64,000 nucleotides of DNA from Lama glama (Eukaryota). Location of the stretch: contig CM052818.1 of the NCBI GenBank assembly GCA_028534125.1, positions 42,100,001 through 42,164,000 of the forward strand, in the 5' to 3' direction. The notes below the pieces were generated by a model. The model worked only from the letters and a program-made list of their open reading frames with translations, was not told where the DNA came from and searched no databases. Position 1 is the stretch's first letter. Each line of letters opens with the position of its first letter. The position numbers were made by a program, and so were the translations under genes. Below, one piece after another: positions 13,401 through 26,900 of this stretch.

Positions 13401-15268
13401 CTGTGGTTCCAGGCATTCTTCCAGTGGTGAGCCCATAGTGCAAGGTGTGCGTGTCTGTACGCAGAGTCTCCCTTCGGACAGTTTGGACCGTGCACACTCA
13501 TTGAGCCCAAGGTGCCGAGCTTCGGGTCCACCCCAGAGGTGATGTCACCCTGGAAATGCAAGCATTCTGGCCCACACCTTTCCAGGTCATTGAGCTGTCC
13601 CTGCAGCAGGAAGAAGCGTTTCCTGGCCCTGGTCTCCTCTCAGGGGTCCCCGGCCGGGTATCCTGTTTCTGGTGGGGCAGGGCATCCTGTGGGGGTCCCG
13701 GGGCCTCCACAGCCTCACGTGGGGTGGGCCTGGCAGAGCCCTTGGTGCGGAAATCACAGAGCTTGGGTCAGCTGGGGAGTGGGGCGCAGACAACCCGAGT
13801 GGGGAGGAAGTGCAGCCTGGGTTCCAGAGAAGACCCTCTGCTGTCCTGTCACTGCCCTCACTCCTCCTCAGCCAGTTCTCTAATAAAACCCTTTCCCCGC
13901 TGTGCTCAACGCTGCCGCTGAACAGCCTACCCAGCCCAGCCACCTGCCAGGCCACACAGGGCAGGCTGGGCTTGTCCCTGAGGAGCCTCCGTGTGCAGGG
14001 GGCTCAGTGCTGGCAGGGCAAGGAGTGCCTGTCCCCCAGGAACCTGAGCATGAAGCCAAGTAACGGTGTGGCTCGGCTCCATCCACGCTGAGCCCCTTTC
14101 TGAGGAGAATCGGGGATCTGTTAGCTCTGGGTTTAGGGAGTTTAGGGCCTGAGTACGTGGGGTACAGTCTGCCTGACCTCAGGTCTTGAACAGACCAAAA
14201 TCATAAGAAACAAAAAGCGCCCCAGGGGAGCAGCACAGACCATCCCAGTGATTTTGTCCAGTGTGCAGGGGGCGGGAAACTCAGGCAGAGGTCAGGTTAG
14301 CTTTTCCTTCCTCGAGTTTCTAAAGCAAATTTCCCTGAGCAAAGCGACCAGGCTCTGGGTCTCTATGGGGTAAGTCACTCCCATCCCACGGGACGTGCGG
14401 TCACCCTGCCCTGAGGCATCCCCCAGCTCCCAGCAGCAGCAGGCTCGTCCTTGACTGCCCGCCGGCACTAGCCTGGATGGGTCCCCATTGCTGATGTGAA
14501 GTTGCTCCTGGCGGTATATTGGCCACTTAGAGAGTGTTTTCAGGGTAAAGGGACCTTAACCTACCCCCAGAGAACATTCCAGTCCCAGAAGAACCCCCAG
14601 TGAACTAACCGCCACCTCTGGGAGGCAGGCTCTGCCCCTGACAGAACTCTGTCCACTCGGGTCAAAGGGCAGCCTGGCACTGCTCCCCTGATCAGGGACT
14701 AGGGGTAACGCAGCCTCGCCGAAGAGGTCCATGGACAGAAACGGATGGACACCAGCTCACCGTGTTGTTTGGAAAGTAAAATGAAAAACCCTTTTTCCCT
14801 GATCAACACCTACTGGTCCCTCAAGACTCAAACCCCATTTCACTTTCTGATCTCTTCCCCAATTCCCAGATTTTCAAACAAACTTGCAATCATCAGCCCC
14901 ACACCCAGCACTACAGTTTCCAGCAGAGATGGAGGACAGTCTTCATTTATTCATCAAAAATAATGTATCAATGGCCTGTATAAACCAGAAGCTGGCTGAC
15001 CATGGCTGCCCTGGCCAAGAACTCTGCTGAATGCGGGCAGGTCAGACAAACCACGAAGCCGTGGGCGTGAATGGAGTCCCGTTATGGGAGGTGGGAGGTA
15101 GTAGTGACTGACAAAGACCTTCAGCTTTGCAGTCAAAGAAACCAGGTCTTGAATCACAACTTGCTCACCAGCCCCGGATGCTGGCTAAGTTACCTAACCT
15201 CTTTGAACCACATCATTTTCATCAGTGCATGTCCTGACCAATACATTCCATACCTACCAAGGTCTGTC

Positions 15269-15803
15269 TGTAGTGGATATTTGATGTTTGATCTTCACAC
15301 CCCTTCCTTCCAATCACAGGGCTCCAACTTCCTTTGGGGAACCATCTTTCTTCCTCATCCCATTTGTTTCTGGTGGGGCTGTGAGTTCTGGATGCAGCAA
15401 GCACATGACCTAGGTCTGGCCAATCATGTACCAAATACCCCAGCCACAGTAACTGGTCGTGAGTGGGTACAGAATCTTCACTGTTCAGATCATCATACTA
15501 TATCTGGCTCTTGTGCAAGAGCAGCTCTCTGCTTTGGCTGGACTCAGAGACTCAGAGCCTGGACCATCAGGGGTCACCATATGCAGCCTGAGAATGAAGC
15601 CAACCCAGAAAATAGCAGAGCCAAGGAGTGCAGAGAAACCAAGGCTCGTTGCCACCCCGTGCGCCTCTGGATCGAGTCCTGTTGCAGGCCACTCTGAGTC
15701 GGGGCCTCTGGGTTATGTAGGCTGGTACATCCCCTTTTAGGCTTAAGCAGTTTGAATTGAATTTTCTGTCACTTGGAATCAGGAGGTTCCTAACTGATCC
15801 GTA
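15269..15803 (+). mobile_element. Ancient ERVL-class LTR (LTR16-like)
   Basis: Begins tgtagtggata; contains gacctaggtctggccaatca; ends ttttctgtcacttggaatcaggaggttcctaactgat. Confidence 0.6.
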
Positions 15804-16419
15804 TCTAATTTCTCATTGTCTCTTCATACCATCTGAGTGAAGCAGGAATTGCTCAGAGGATATTTCCAAGGCTTTTTGTTGTTGCTATGGTGCAGGCTGG
15901 TGTAGAGGACTGGTTGATGCACATTCATTTAAATAAATCAACATCCTATCTTGAAATACTAACTTCTAATCATCCTTCAAAACTTACCACTGTCACCTCC
16001 ACCTAGAAGCCTTCCCTGAACCCTCCGCCTCAGGCCCGTGCCCTCCATGTTCCCTCTCTTGTCACACTTGTGGGTCCTACTGCTTGTACTCTGTCTAGTT
16101 GTCTATCTCCCACACAGGAGGAGAAAAAGACCTGGGTATTAATCATTTATGTGTGCATGCCACAAGCAGGTAGACGAAGGGGAAATGACTGACGAATGAC
16201 AGAACTGATGAGACAAACTGACTGCCAGATTCACGTAACTCCGCCATCAAATATATAAAGTGTATGTTGCACAGGGTGTTAGTTGCCTCACCAGTGTCCA
16301 ACTTTCCATTCTGGCTCAGGCACAGAAGTCGAAAAAGAAAGAGAAAGGGAAGGAAGGGAGGGAGGAAGGAATGAAGGAAGGGAAAAGAAGAAGAAGGAAG
16401 GAAGGAAGGAAGGAAGGAA

Positions 16420-16845
16420 CCCTATGTGTTCTAGCCTCCCTCACAGATTCCCTTGCAGTTCTGGCTAATGAGATGTAAATAGAAGTTGTAGGGTCAAACG
16501 TCTGGAAAGATTCTTTAAAACCAGGTAGAGAGCACCTTTCATCCCTCCCTTTTTCCCCTCTTTCTGCTATTCTAAGTGCAGATGTAATGGCTGGAGCCCT
16601 AGCAGCAAGCCAAGATCATGAGGCATCTTTGTGAATGGAAGCTATGAACTAAGTCTGGCAGAACAGAAGGGACCTTTGTCTCTGATGGTGAAGGACCAAC
16701 TACCTCAGCTCCAGACTGCCTGCCTCCACATCTTTTTTATATTTAAAATAAATGAATTAGTAAACAAATAAATACTTTGTGTTTAAGCCACCATTATTTT
16801 GAGTGCACCCCTGTATGTAATTCAGCGTAATTCTAACTGATCTAG
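16420..16845 (+). mobile_element. MaLR/ERVL LTR remnant (MLT1-like)
   Basis: gatgtaatggctggagccctagcagc...tgtttaagccaccattattttg...taattctaactgat. Confidence 0.55.
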
Positions 16846-17062
16846 CACCAATTTTTTATACTAATATGTATTATTAGTAGGTGTTTCTTTTATTTTAATT
16901 ATAAAATGAAAAATTTTAAAGTAGGTCCAACACTTTGAATAGTGCTTGTGTGCCAGATATTCTGAAGACACCGGTATGTAGGAGAGACGAGAGAGACGTT
17001 TTACAACTGATCAAAATCCAAGGACCAGTTTATCACTTTCTCTAGGAAACAAAAGGTATTCT

Positions 17063-17108
17063 TTTCCTGATTTTAAATCTCCATATTTCCTGATTTTAAA
17101 TCTCCATA
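17063..17108. repeat. Perfect 23-bp tandem duplication
   Basis: tttcctgattttaaatctccata x2. Confidence 0.95.
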
Positions 17109-18599
17109 TTATGTTAATTCCAGTCCCCTCGCCCCCGGGGACAGCAGGTGGGAGGCTCTGGGTGATCAGAGTAATTCCTCCACATCTTCCTGCCACGGAG
17201 CCTGCGTGGATCAAAAGGCCAAGAGAATGAGGAGAATTTTCTCCTTGAAAATAGCTTCTCGGCCCCTTGAAATGAATGAGCAGCTTCTTTACCAGACTTC
17301 CCCCCCACCCCACCCCGCCCCGCTCACATTCCCCATGGTTGGTGAGGCAGAAAATTCACAAGAACAAAGCTCTTGCCCTAAAAGGATCTTCTTTTCAGTT
17401 TAGGGTCAGTTCCACATTTGGGGCTTCCAGAGGAGTCATCTTTAAATTAAGGAAAGGGGGTGCCGTGGCATAGAAGCCAGGGAAGTCACACAGACGAAGG
17501 AACACAGCGCCCTCCCTGCGCCCGCACTGCGCACACCGCATACACATCCTTCACGGGGACCATGAATAGTGCCCCTCAAACAGGCTCCCACGATGAGGGG
17601 GAGCCAGGAACCTGCAGACCTGGGAGTCCAAAACCTGGATTCATTTCCCTACCCGCGCTGAGTCTCGGGCAACTTCCGGGGCCTCATCTAGTCCTTCTGA
17701 AAAATGGGCAAACAGCCTGCACCCTGCCTTCCTCACGTCGCAGGCCGTCTGGCCGCTTGTGAAGGCCCTCTGCCTCTGCCCTGCCCCCCAGGACAGGTGG
17801 CCCTGTCACTCCAGTCTGAATAGGCATATAATCTACCTGGGATCCCCTTCCCCCCACAGCTGTTCAGGACATATCACCATGCACTTGGGTTAATTAAAGT
17901 CAACACCCCTTTTAAAGTGTCAGAAAGCTAGACTCCATGTAGAGCCTGGGCTGATTCTGCTGGGGTGCCGTCACTGCACGCCTGCTCCTAATCTGAAAAT
18001 CTGGGGACCAGGCTCAGTATCCGGGGCTCTCCGGGATCAGCTGCCCCCTCTGAGAGCTGGGCCAGCCCTCACCAGGAGTGGGAACCAGGATGGGGAGCGG
18101 GCAGCCAAGCACACACTCCCACTCCGCACCCGGGGCCAGGTCAAGGTGATCAAGTTTCTCACTCCGGTCAGAAACCCCATCACCCCTGGCTCCAGGGTAA
18201 TAAACTCAGTCTTGGGGCCTGAGCTGTAACACGGTTCATTTCTGGGCCAAATCCCTGAAGCTGAAGGGCTTATTTTCAAGGACAAGCAGTTTGCTGTTTT
18301 CAGCGTTTCTCATCAGAAATAGTGCAATTCAGCCCGATCTGCCTTGGAAGCATAATTTATCATCTCACACAGATGGTTGGCTCAGGGTGGGGAGGAGGCT
18401 TACTTTCCATTTTAGTTTAGCAAACATTTCCTGAGCCCCTGCGTGTGTCAGGCACCGAGCGAGGCACTGGGGATGCACAGACCACCAGGTGGGCTCCTGG
18501 CCTGGAGATGCTCATCAGAGTCTTAGAGTCCTACTGTCTGTTGGACCACAGCCATTCACTCCTGGAGTCTCACTAGAATCACCTCACCTCTCTCTAGCT

Positions 18600-19320
18600 A
18601 AGATGTCACCTTTGTTGATCTTTTCAAAAAACTGACTTTTGGCTCTGTTAATTTCCCCTGTTGTTTTTCTATTTTCTGTTTCACTAATGTCCACTCTGGT
18701 CTTTATTATTTCCTTCTTTCTGCTTGCTTTGTGTTTAGTTTTCTCTCTCTGTTTTTCTTCTCAATGCCTTCAAGTAGATGGACAGGGTATCTATCTATAT
18801 TGAGATCTGTCTTCCTTTTTAAGACAGTCACTCAGAGCTATAAATTTCCCTCCAAGCACCGCTTTACCCACATCCCATAAGATTTCCCACAATGTGTTTC
18901 CATTTTCATTCATCTCAAAGTGTTTTCTAATTTCCCCTTTGACTTCTTCTTTGACTCGTTGGTTGTTTAGTATTATGTTGTTTAATTTCCACATATATGT
19001 TCTTGCTGTTATTAATTTCTACTTTCCTTCCATTGTGGTTGAAGAACATATCTGATACAATTTCAGTCTTTTTCAATGTATTCAGGCTTGTTTTATGGCC
19101 CAGTATGTGGTCTATCATGTAGAACATTCCATGTGCCCTTGAGAAGAATGTGTGTTCGGTTGTTGGGTGGTGTGTTCTAGAGATGCCTGTTTTTTCTAGT
19201 TAGTTTATGGTGTTGTTCAAGTCTTCTATTTCCTTGTTCATCATCTATCTAGTTAGTTGTACTATCCATTGTTAAAAGTGGGGTATTAAAGTTTCCAACT
19301 ATTATCATTGAATTATCACC
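18600..19320 (-). mobile_element. LINE-1 ORF2 fragment (endonuclease/linker region)
   Basis: ORFs IDHILGHKTSLN and WKLNNIILNNQRVKEEVKGEIRKHFEMNEN...LWDVGKAVLGGKFIAL in shifted frames. Confidence 0.92.
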
Positions 19321-22300
19321 TCTTCGAACCTTTGTTTCCTTGGAGGAAAATAAGTATTCTTGCCTTGCAGAGGTGTAGAGACAGAAAAATGCAAAGCACG
19401 GTGCCTCTGCCTGCCACACGGTAGATGTGACTGCTGCGTCTCAGGATGACCTGGCAGAGCAGAGGACAGTGAGAATTTCCTCCTAGAGTAACCGGGTGGC
19501 TCTGGGTTAAGCCTGCACAGCTTCAGTCAGAAAAACATAAACCCTTCTTAAAGAGGAAAGTGAGGCTCCGAGCCTGTCTACTTCTCCGGTCTTATACTCA
19601 GGATACGCAGATCTCCTGTCCAAAAAATAAAAATGAAGTCGCTAGCAAATCCTAACTTCTTATTTTGCTAGCTGATGTCCGAAATTCCTCCATAGAAATT
19701 TCTTGTGATAAGCTATTTATCCATCTATCCTCCCTCCCTCCCTCCATTTCCTTCCCTTCCCTTCCTTCCTCTCATCCTTCCTTCTTTCCAACTCAGTGAG
19801 TGGTTACTGAATCACCTTCTCTGGGTCAGACACTGATCCAGGCACTGAGGAAACTGAAATCAGACCTGCGGTAAAGGATCTACACTACCTAGGAAGAGAC
19901 ACTGACATGAAAGCAGGTAAATAAAACGTAGGAATATAAATGTTATAATAAAGGAAAGAACAAAGGGTTCGGGGTGGAGGCACTGAAGAGGAAGTGACCT
20001 GCCCGGGATGGGGGGAGGGGAAGAGAAGAGGAGATCAAGACGGCTTCCCAGCAAATGTTAACAAAACTGAAAAGAAGTTGTCAACAGCGGCTCAAGTTTC
20101 ATAACCCTCCCTGCCCCTGCCAATCTTCTCAGGTAGGAGGGGGCCCATGGGAGGAAAAGGCGGAAAACAAGAGGATGTTACACAAAGTGAGTCATCCAGC
20201 CTCAAATAACCGAGAACTGCAAAGGCAGAAAGTTCCTGACTTCGAAGTTCGCCAGCCTCCATGCTACAAAAATAACCATGATGAATTCACATATTTCTCT
20301 GCAAGGATGGGTCCCCCCAGAACACTGAAACCTCAACCATAGGAAACAGAGCACTGGGCCCCATATGTTCAAAATCCGGCTCCTGTCTTGGTCAAGATTT
20401 TCCTGCAGAATTTTAAAGCTGTATTTTCCTATTGCAAGTGGTCCTGGTCTCCCATCCTGTCCTGAATGAGACCCTGGAATAACAATTCCTGTTTAGGGTT
20501 AGAAGTCACCAGGGGCCTTTCCGTTCTGGGTCTCAGTCTGCACAGTAGCATTGTTGGGGTTGTCAGGTGAGTCGATAGGTGCCCCCATAGCACAAAAATA
20601 AACTGATCAGTAATTGTCATAGGCCCACTATGTACACTGCAGGAAGGGAAAAGGGGGCATAGCCCAGAAACCTTCTACTAGAAGGATTATTGATCCACTT
20701 GAAGACATAGAAGGGGAGGGAAGTCATGAAACAGTTTTGAAAAATTCAGAGCTATCTAAGGTATACAGGCAAGAACAAGAGTAAAGCATCAGAATGCTTC
20801 CTAGAGCAGAGCACAGGTTCTGGAAACCGACTCAACCTGCGGATTTGGACTTAACCTTTCTGAAACTTGGATTCCTTATCTGCCAAAAAAGAGCGTGTTG
20901 GCTGTTACATGAGGCTGAATGCAAAATCTCTGGCTCGTGGTTGTTATTCAAAAACATGGTGTTCTCTTGCCCCCATGAAGGAGGTGAGAGTGACTCAGAT
21001 CCCTGGTGCTGGGTGGAATCTGACAGGCACAGGGAAGGTGGGGAGGCCTCCCAGCCGGCACCACAGCCACGCCGTCCCAGCAGCAGGGACTCAGGGCAGC
21101 ACAAGGCACAGTGGATAAGCAACTGCCTTCAAATCCTGGCTCCACTGCTTACCAGTCAGGTGATCGTGAGCAAATCACTAACCTCTTGGTGCCTCAATTT
21201 TCTCATCTGTGAAATGGAAACACTAATAGAAAACCCCTGTAATTGGGAAACCCCTATCTTCTGGGGTTATGAGGATTAACTGAGTTAGGATGAGTAAACA
21301 CTTAGAATAATCCCTGGTACCTAGGGACGGGTCAGCTCACGTTAGCCATTGTTATGTATGGAGGGAAGTGAGAAGACCAAGTTCAGTGTGAATCGGGGAA
21401 TAAAAGAAGTAAGAATAGGGAGGCTGAGACCAGATTTTAGAGGACCCCAAGTGTCCAAGTTAGTCTGGACTTATTTTAGTGGCAGTAAAGGCCCACTGCA
21501 GGTTCTTGAATAGGGGCTGACACGGATTAATTATAAACTGAAAACGGTGGAAGCAAATGAACTCCTGGTGTAGCTTTAAATTATACCAGAAAAGACCGCT
21601 CTTGAATAAATGACTCAGGTCTCCTGCTTCCACCCTTCAAGACCGTATTCTTTGGAGAAAAGTAGAAAGCAGAGGACATCTGGTGGTTTTCCCACTCAGA
21701 TCTCTCTCAACCTTCAATCCTACTCTGCAGGGAGACGGGCACTTGGGGCATCCGATCATCATCTTGGTTTTTCAAATTAGGAGCCACAGCCACTTTCTGG
21801 AGTGACTAGGCTCATTGTCTGGGCTGCCTGTCTAAGCCCACACATCCTGCCCTCACCCCCACCCAGACCCACACCCAGGCAGGCAAAGTCAATTGGGGAT
21901 CATCCCACATATCTCCACCGAGCTCTCGAAGGGCAATGCGGTAATTCCTGGGATCACCGGATAAGTGGCAGGAAGATGAGCGGGCGTGAACATGATACCC
22001 CACCGCACTTCATTCAGATCCAGGCTTTCAGACACAGGCAGCACCATGGAAATGACTGAGGAAAAGCAGCCTGTGCTCTGGGGACGGTAATGAGAATGGC
22101 AATTAGCATAAGTGCAATTTTGACACGTGTGGAAGTTCTTTTGTGTAGAGAACTCCCAAATGCTGGGCCCAGGAGACAGTGGATGCGGTGGTCCTGTAAG
22201 CGCTTTGTGACTGGAGAAACCACTGCAGCACAACCTGTGTGGGGCCAACTCGTGGAAAACAAAATCCTAATGCATATTTCTTGGCCTTGGGGATCCAGGA

Positions 22301-22468
22301 AAAAAAAAGACCACAGACTCTGACAGATGTAATGGGAAATAATTCCTTTGAATCTGTGATTTGCTTAGCAGTGAAAAAGGAAGTCAGGTAATCCTTAAGT
22401 GACCCCAAGTGGTAAAAATATCCCAGCATAAGTGTTTAGGTCTCTGTGGGTGTTCACAGTGTGACATG

Positions 22469-22484
22469 AGCGCCACCTGGTGTA
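22469..22484 (-). promoter_or_regulatory. CTCF-like motif
   Basis: Minus strand reads TACACCAGGTGGCGCT, one mismatch to the core. Confidence 0.5.
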
Positions 22485-23809
22485 CCTGACTGGAAATGAA
22501 AAACGACAGACCCACGAGAGCTGGCGTCCTTCCTCGTGGTGCTGCGCTGAGCCAACAGTGGGGAATGGATAACAATTTATGGACGGAAGCATCTCAGAGA
22601 GTTTGTTATTACAACCAACAGAACTAACACCACCATTTCAAGTGCACAGTATTTAACGATATGGGTATAACCCAATGTCTCGAAATTGCTAGGTTTTCGG
22701 AGCCAAACAAAATACATCAAGCTTCCAGCCTGTGTGATGACAGGTTAGCCAGTTCTCTCCCAAATACAGTCTACGAAGCCTCGGGAGTGCCTGCTGCCCC
22801 TGACTGCCGCTAAACCTGACTGTCACCTTTCTGAGCTTCGGTCTGGACGACTGCTCCAGAAGGTTTCCTTGTCCCCTCCTGCCATTACGTCACAAGTTCC
22901 CACAGGGCAGGGTCCTAACCGACTCCCACACCCCCCAATAGCACTCTGTCCACACACTACCCAAACCACACTAACATAACTAATTGTTAACACTTGAGCA
23001 ACATTTCAGGATTTCAGGGGAATCACACTACAGAAAAGGAAAACCAAAACTCATTATCAAGACCCTGTTGCTCCCATGGGACTCAAGTGACACCATCCCC
23101 ACTGGCCCTCTCTCCCGGACTCCAACCTCTGCCCAGATGACTCCTGCTCTGATCAGGATTTCCATGCCAGACTCTCTTCCCTGAGACCCTGGCCCACCAC
23201 AAAAAGTGCAAAGCCCTTACCATCCAATTACTGCCCTGCAGAGACAACCTCGGAGTGCCTCTTCAAAGTCCTACTTGGCAGCAGCAAATATTTATCCTTT
23301 TAACTGGGATTTAAGTCAAGGAATCAAACAGGCAACAGCCAACCTGAGTCTTTTCCTGTGAACAGAATGAGTTACCAAGCTGGGGAACAAGATTCGAGGT
23401 AAAATAATGGGTTAAACCAATGATTTCTACAGTCTGTCGAAAGCAGAGGAAATGTTTTAAATAAAAATAAAGTGGTAATGTCTAAAACAAAAAGGAAAAA
23501 AAAATTAAAAGGCCAAATGGGTTTTGAAAAATTGAAGCACCCTTAAAAGATCTGAATCCCCAAAGTAACTATTTTGAAAATAAAATTCATCTGGTTACAA
23601 AATTTATTTTTTAAATAATCTTAAAATAATACACGGTACCATTTTGATCAGTTTTTCTCTACAATACTTTCTACTGTGTAGTGACAGCAAGGGCTCCAGC
23701 TTGAATCTAAACTACATTTAACTTTAGGACACGTATCAGCCGGGCACGTGCAGAGGGCACAGTGATCTGCAGCAGGATGGAGAAACGTCTGGAGTCAGGC
23801 TGTTGGAAG

Positions 23810-23969
23810 CAGTGCTCAACCCTGGCTGCACACGAGCAACACCTGGGGTGCCAGGCCCCCCTCCGGAATAATAAAACCAGACTTTCTGGAGGTGAAGTGT
23901 AGACACTGGTATTTTCTTTTAAAGCTCCCTGAGGTGGTCCCCATGTGCAGCCAGGACTGAGAACCACTA
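23810..23969. mobile_element. MER5-like hAT remnant
   Basis: cagtgctcaaccctggctgcaca...tgtgcagccaggactgagaaccact with inverted ends. Confidence 0.75.
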
Positions 23970-26900
23970 CCCTAAGGGAAGGAACCACAGCAAAGGCAGG
24001 CACCTCTCACTCGGGTGTCCTCCGTCACCCTGCCTGTGTCTTGGGGTAACAGATTGCAGTGAGAATTAAAGCGTGAAGGGCCCTCTCTCCACAACGGCGT
24101 TTCTTGGTTTGCTTCACGATCTTCTGAGGAAACTGTTAAGGTGCAGACTCCAGGCCCCACCTGGGACCTCATGCTCCCTGCCTGTGACTTAACTGACGGG
24201 AAGCTAGAGACACTGCCGAGATCAGACCCAGGCCTATCTGACCCCAGGTTCTTTCCAATTCCCCTCAACACTTTTGACCAGCAAAAGTGGAATCTGTCAC
24301 AAAACCAGAGCTTTCGATGATTTTAATGAAAGGTAATTACTTAAAGCAACAGAATGGAAAACAACAGTAAAAATTCCCCTTCCACTCCTCCCACCGAAGG
24401 AATCCTCTATCAATTACTCTGGAGCAGCAAAATACTGTCCCTCCCTTTCCTTCCTGTTCCACTACATTTTTTCCCTTTTAACAAATATTCCTTTTTCCCC
24501 CAAATAAGGTCACTTGGAAAAAAAATTCCTGATAGATGTCAGTAGCTATAGGGAAATAATAAAATCACTCTAAGGAAACCTACCCCAGATCTCATTTTAT
24601 ATCGACCAACACATTTTTCATATTTTACAAATCTATTTTAAGCTGCAATAAAATGCATAGTTTCCTCAAGTCAAAAGAATACGGTGAAAAATTTGACTAC
24701 ATAGTCTTGCCCACTTAGAACTGGCCGGGAAACAACTTTTTTTTTTGTTTTTAATCTAGGCCATTCTCGGTCATTGCCACACACACTTCTACCTTCAAGG
24801 AAAAAGAAAAAAGAAAAAAGAAAAAAGAAAGAAGCCTTGCCCCTTGCTTACAGTAAGTCTGGATCCCTGTCTGTAGTGATAATGATGGTGGTGGGGCAGG
24901 AGTGGGGGGAGCGCACGGGGGATAAAGAGAAATGCAATCTCAAAATGACCCTGGTAAAGTGTTCACAGGTCCATTTGTTTTTATTCAGTGATCCAGTTTC
25001 TAGGAATCCAGCAGATGGAAACAACCCAAAAGACAGAACAAAGATGTTCACAGCAGCATTAAGTGAACACAAGAAAACTGTGAACGGCGTCAATACTGTA
25101 AAATCTGAGAGCCTCTTACTGGCCGGCTTTTGCCAAATGCTTCACATAGTCCTGAATGAAGAGAATCACCTTCACCATTTTTATCAACAAAGAAACACAA
25201 GCTTAGAGAGGCTAAGGACCTCGTTTCTGTCATCCTGCTGGTGGGACTGGAGCCGGATTCGCACCCGGGCCTGACATGTGAGGCTCCCATCCTCTTCAGT
25301 TCCCCTCGACGCTCGAGTCGCACAGACCGCAGCACATTCAGTGGATTTTGCAGCCATTAAAGTATTCATAACAAGAAAAATACTTAGTCAGATGCAGATG
25401 TAAAAATGCATATACGGTGAGATCTAAACTGTACACCAAAACATTTTCAGAAAAAAGAAATGAGCCAAAATGTTGTTTAGTGATCTCTTTCTCTGGGAGT
25501 GGGAATACAAGTAAGAAACAGGGAGAAGGGGGATTGCTCTAGCCCGGAGTTCCTATTTCCGTCAGTAACAGGAAAATCTATACTGAGAACGATACAGAAA
25601 TGTTCTGGCCATCTTTAACTAATGCCGCTGGCTGGAGTCCTTTAGAATCAGTTCTTTTAAGGCAAACATCCCCAGGCATTGAGAGCATTTGGTCCTTTTA
25701 TCTGGTTTTCTATGTTTTCTCTCAGGTGGCTCTGTCCTAACAAGAGGCTTCTAGTACCTTCCAGATTAGCAATACAGCGAACACATAACCCGGAGTTAGA
25801 GCAGCTCACTTTGGTTTATTACAATTTGGATAGTAAAAAAAAAAATCCCCAAACACAAGACCACTTCAGTCACTATGAAAAGTGTAACTCTCGCGAAGCC
25901 TGAAGGTAGCTCTGAAGAGAAGGAACAGAGAAGGAGAGACGAGGTGGGTAATGACGGAGACTGTGCCAGGACTCAAGACCCCAGGCCGTGTCTACTAAGG
26001 GTTGACAAGGGGGCCGGCCACTTCTGTGCAGAGGAGACGGACAAGAGATCTGTGAGTTCACTTATCAATTCTTACACTACGTAGCAGACAAAGCTGAAGC
26101 CATGAGTCGGAAATACTAACATTCGCTGGTTGATATTTAACATTTTCTGGACTTTCCAGTGCCTCCAGTGTCTGATTAGCCAGGGCAGAGACCGAAACAC
26201 ACAGCAGCTCACATAAGACCAAGTTACTGTGATAGGCGGCCTCTCTGAGTGAGCAGCTTTCACAAGGTCACCCAGGTTCCTTCTGTCTTGTTGCTCTGCC
26301 ATTCCCCAAACATGACACTTTTCTAAAGATAGACACTGGCTCACTAATACACCAAGTTCCAGCCCGAGGTGGGAGGGGCAGGACAGATAGAAGGATGCGA
26401 GCCAGGGATGGCACGGGCCACCTGGCCTCATACCCTGCTGACCAGAGCCTGGGAAGGACAGTCCCCAGCCAGGTATCTACAACCAACTGAAGCTCAGGAG
26501 GCTCTATGTCTAAAAGGAAGGAAAGGGCAGTTAGCATCTCTTACGTCTCAGTGACCACATCTTAAACAGACTTTCACAATCATCTACGTCCTTAGCATTA
26601 ATCCGGAGGCTTGAGGAATGGGCATCTGGAAGTGGGGACCCAGTGTAAAGGGTAAGGACGCACGGCGATGAAAGTAGGTCTCCAGGCAGCCCCTCCCTCG
26701 GTCTGGTTACATGCAGCTCCCTCTTTTAAAACCTCTGTTGCCTGAGTAATTTCAGATGGATGGTACTTTGAAGAAGAAAAATCAGACAACCCCTCCCACA
26801 GTCTACACAGCATTCCTCTCTGACCTACCCATTTTGACCTGACAAAGGGAGAGCAAAGAGTAAAAGCCGAAACCAGGAAACCCAGGTCCTGGTTCCAGCT

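Noticed and set aside
13700..13950. Possible terminal exon with AATAAA near 13881 on the + strand
   Set aside because: No upstream exon chain. The context (ctaataaaacccttt) could equally be an old LTR, so I cannot support it.
15071..15697. 208-aa ORF
   Set aside because: Overlaps MIR- and LTR-derived sequence, with no domain resemblance and no exon support
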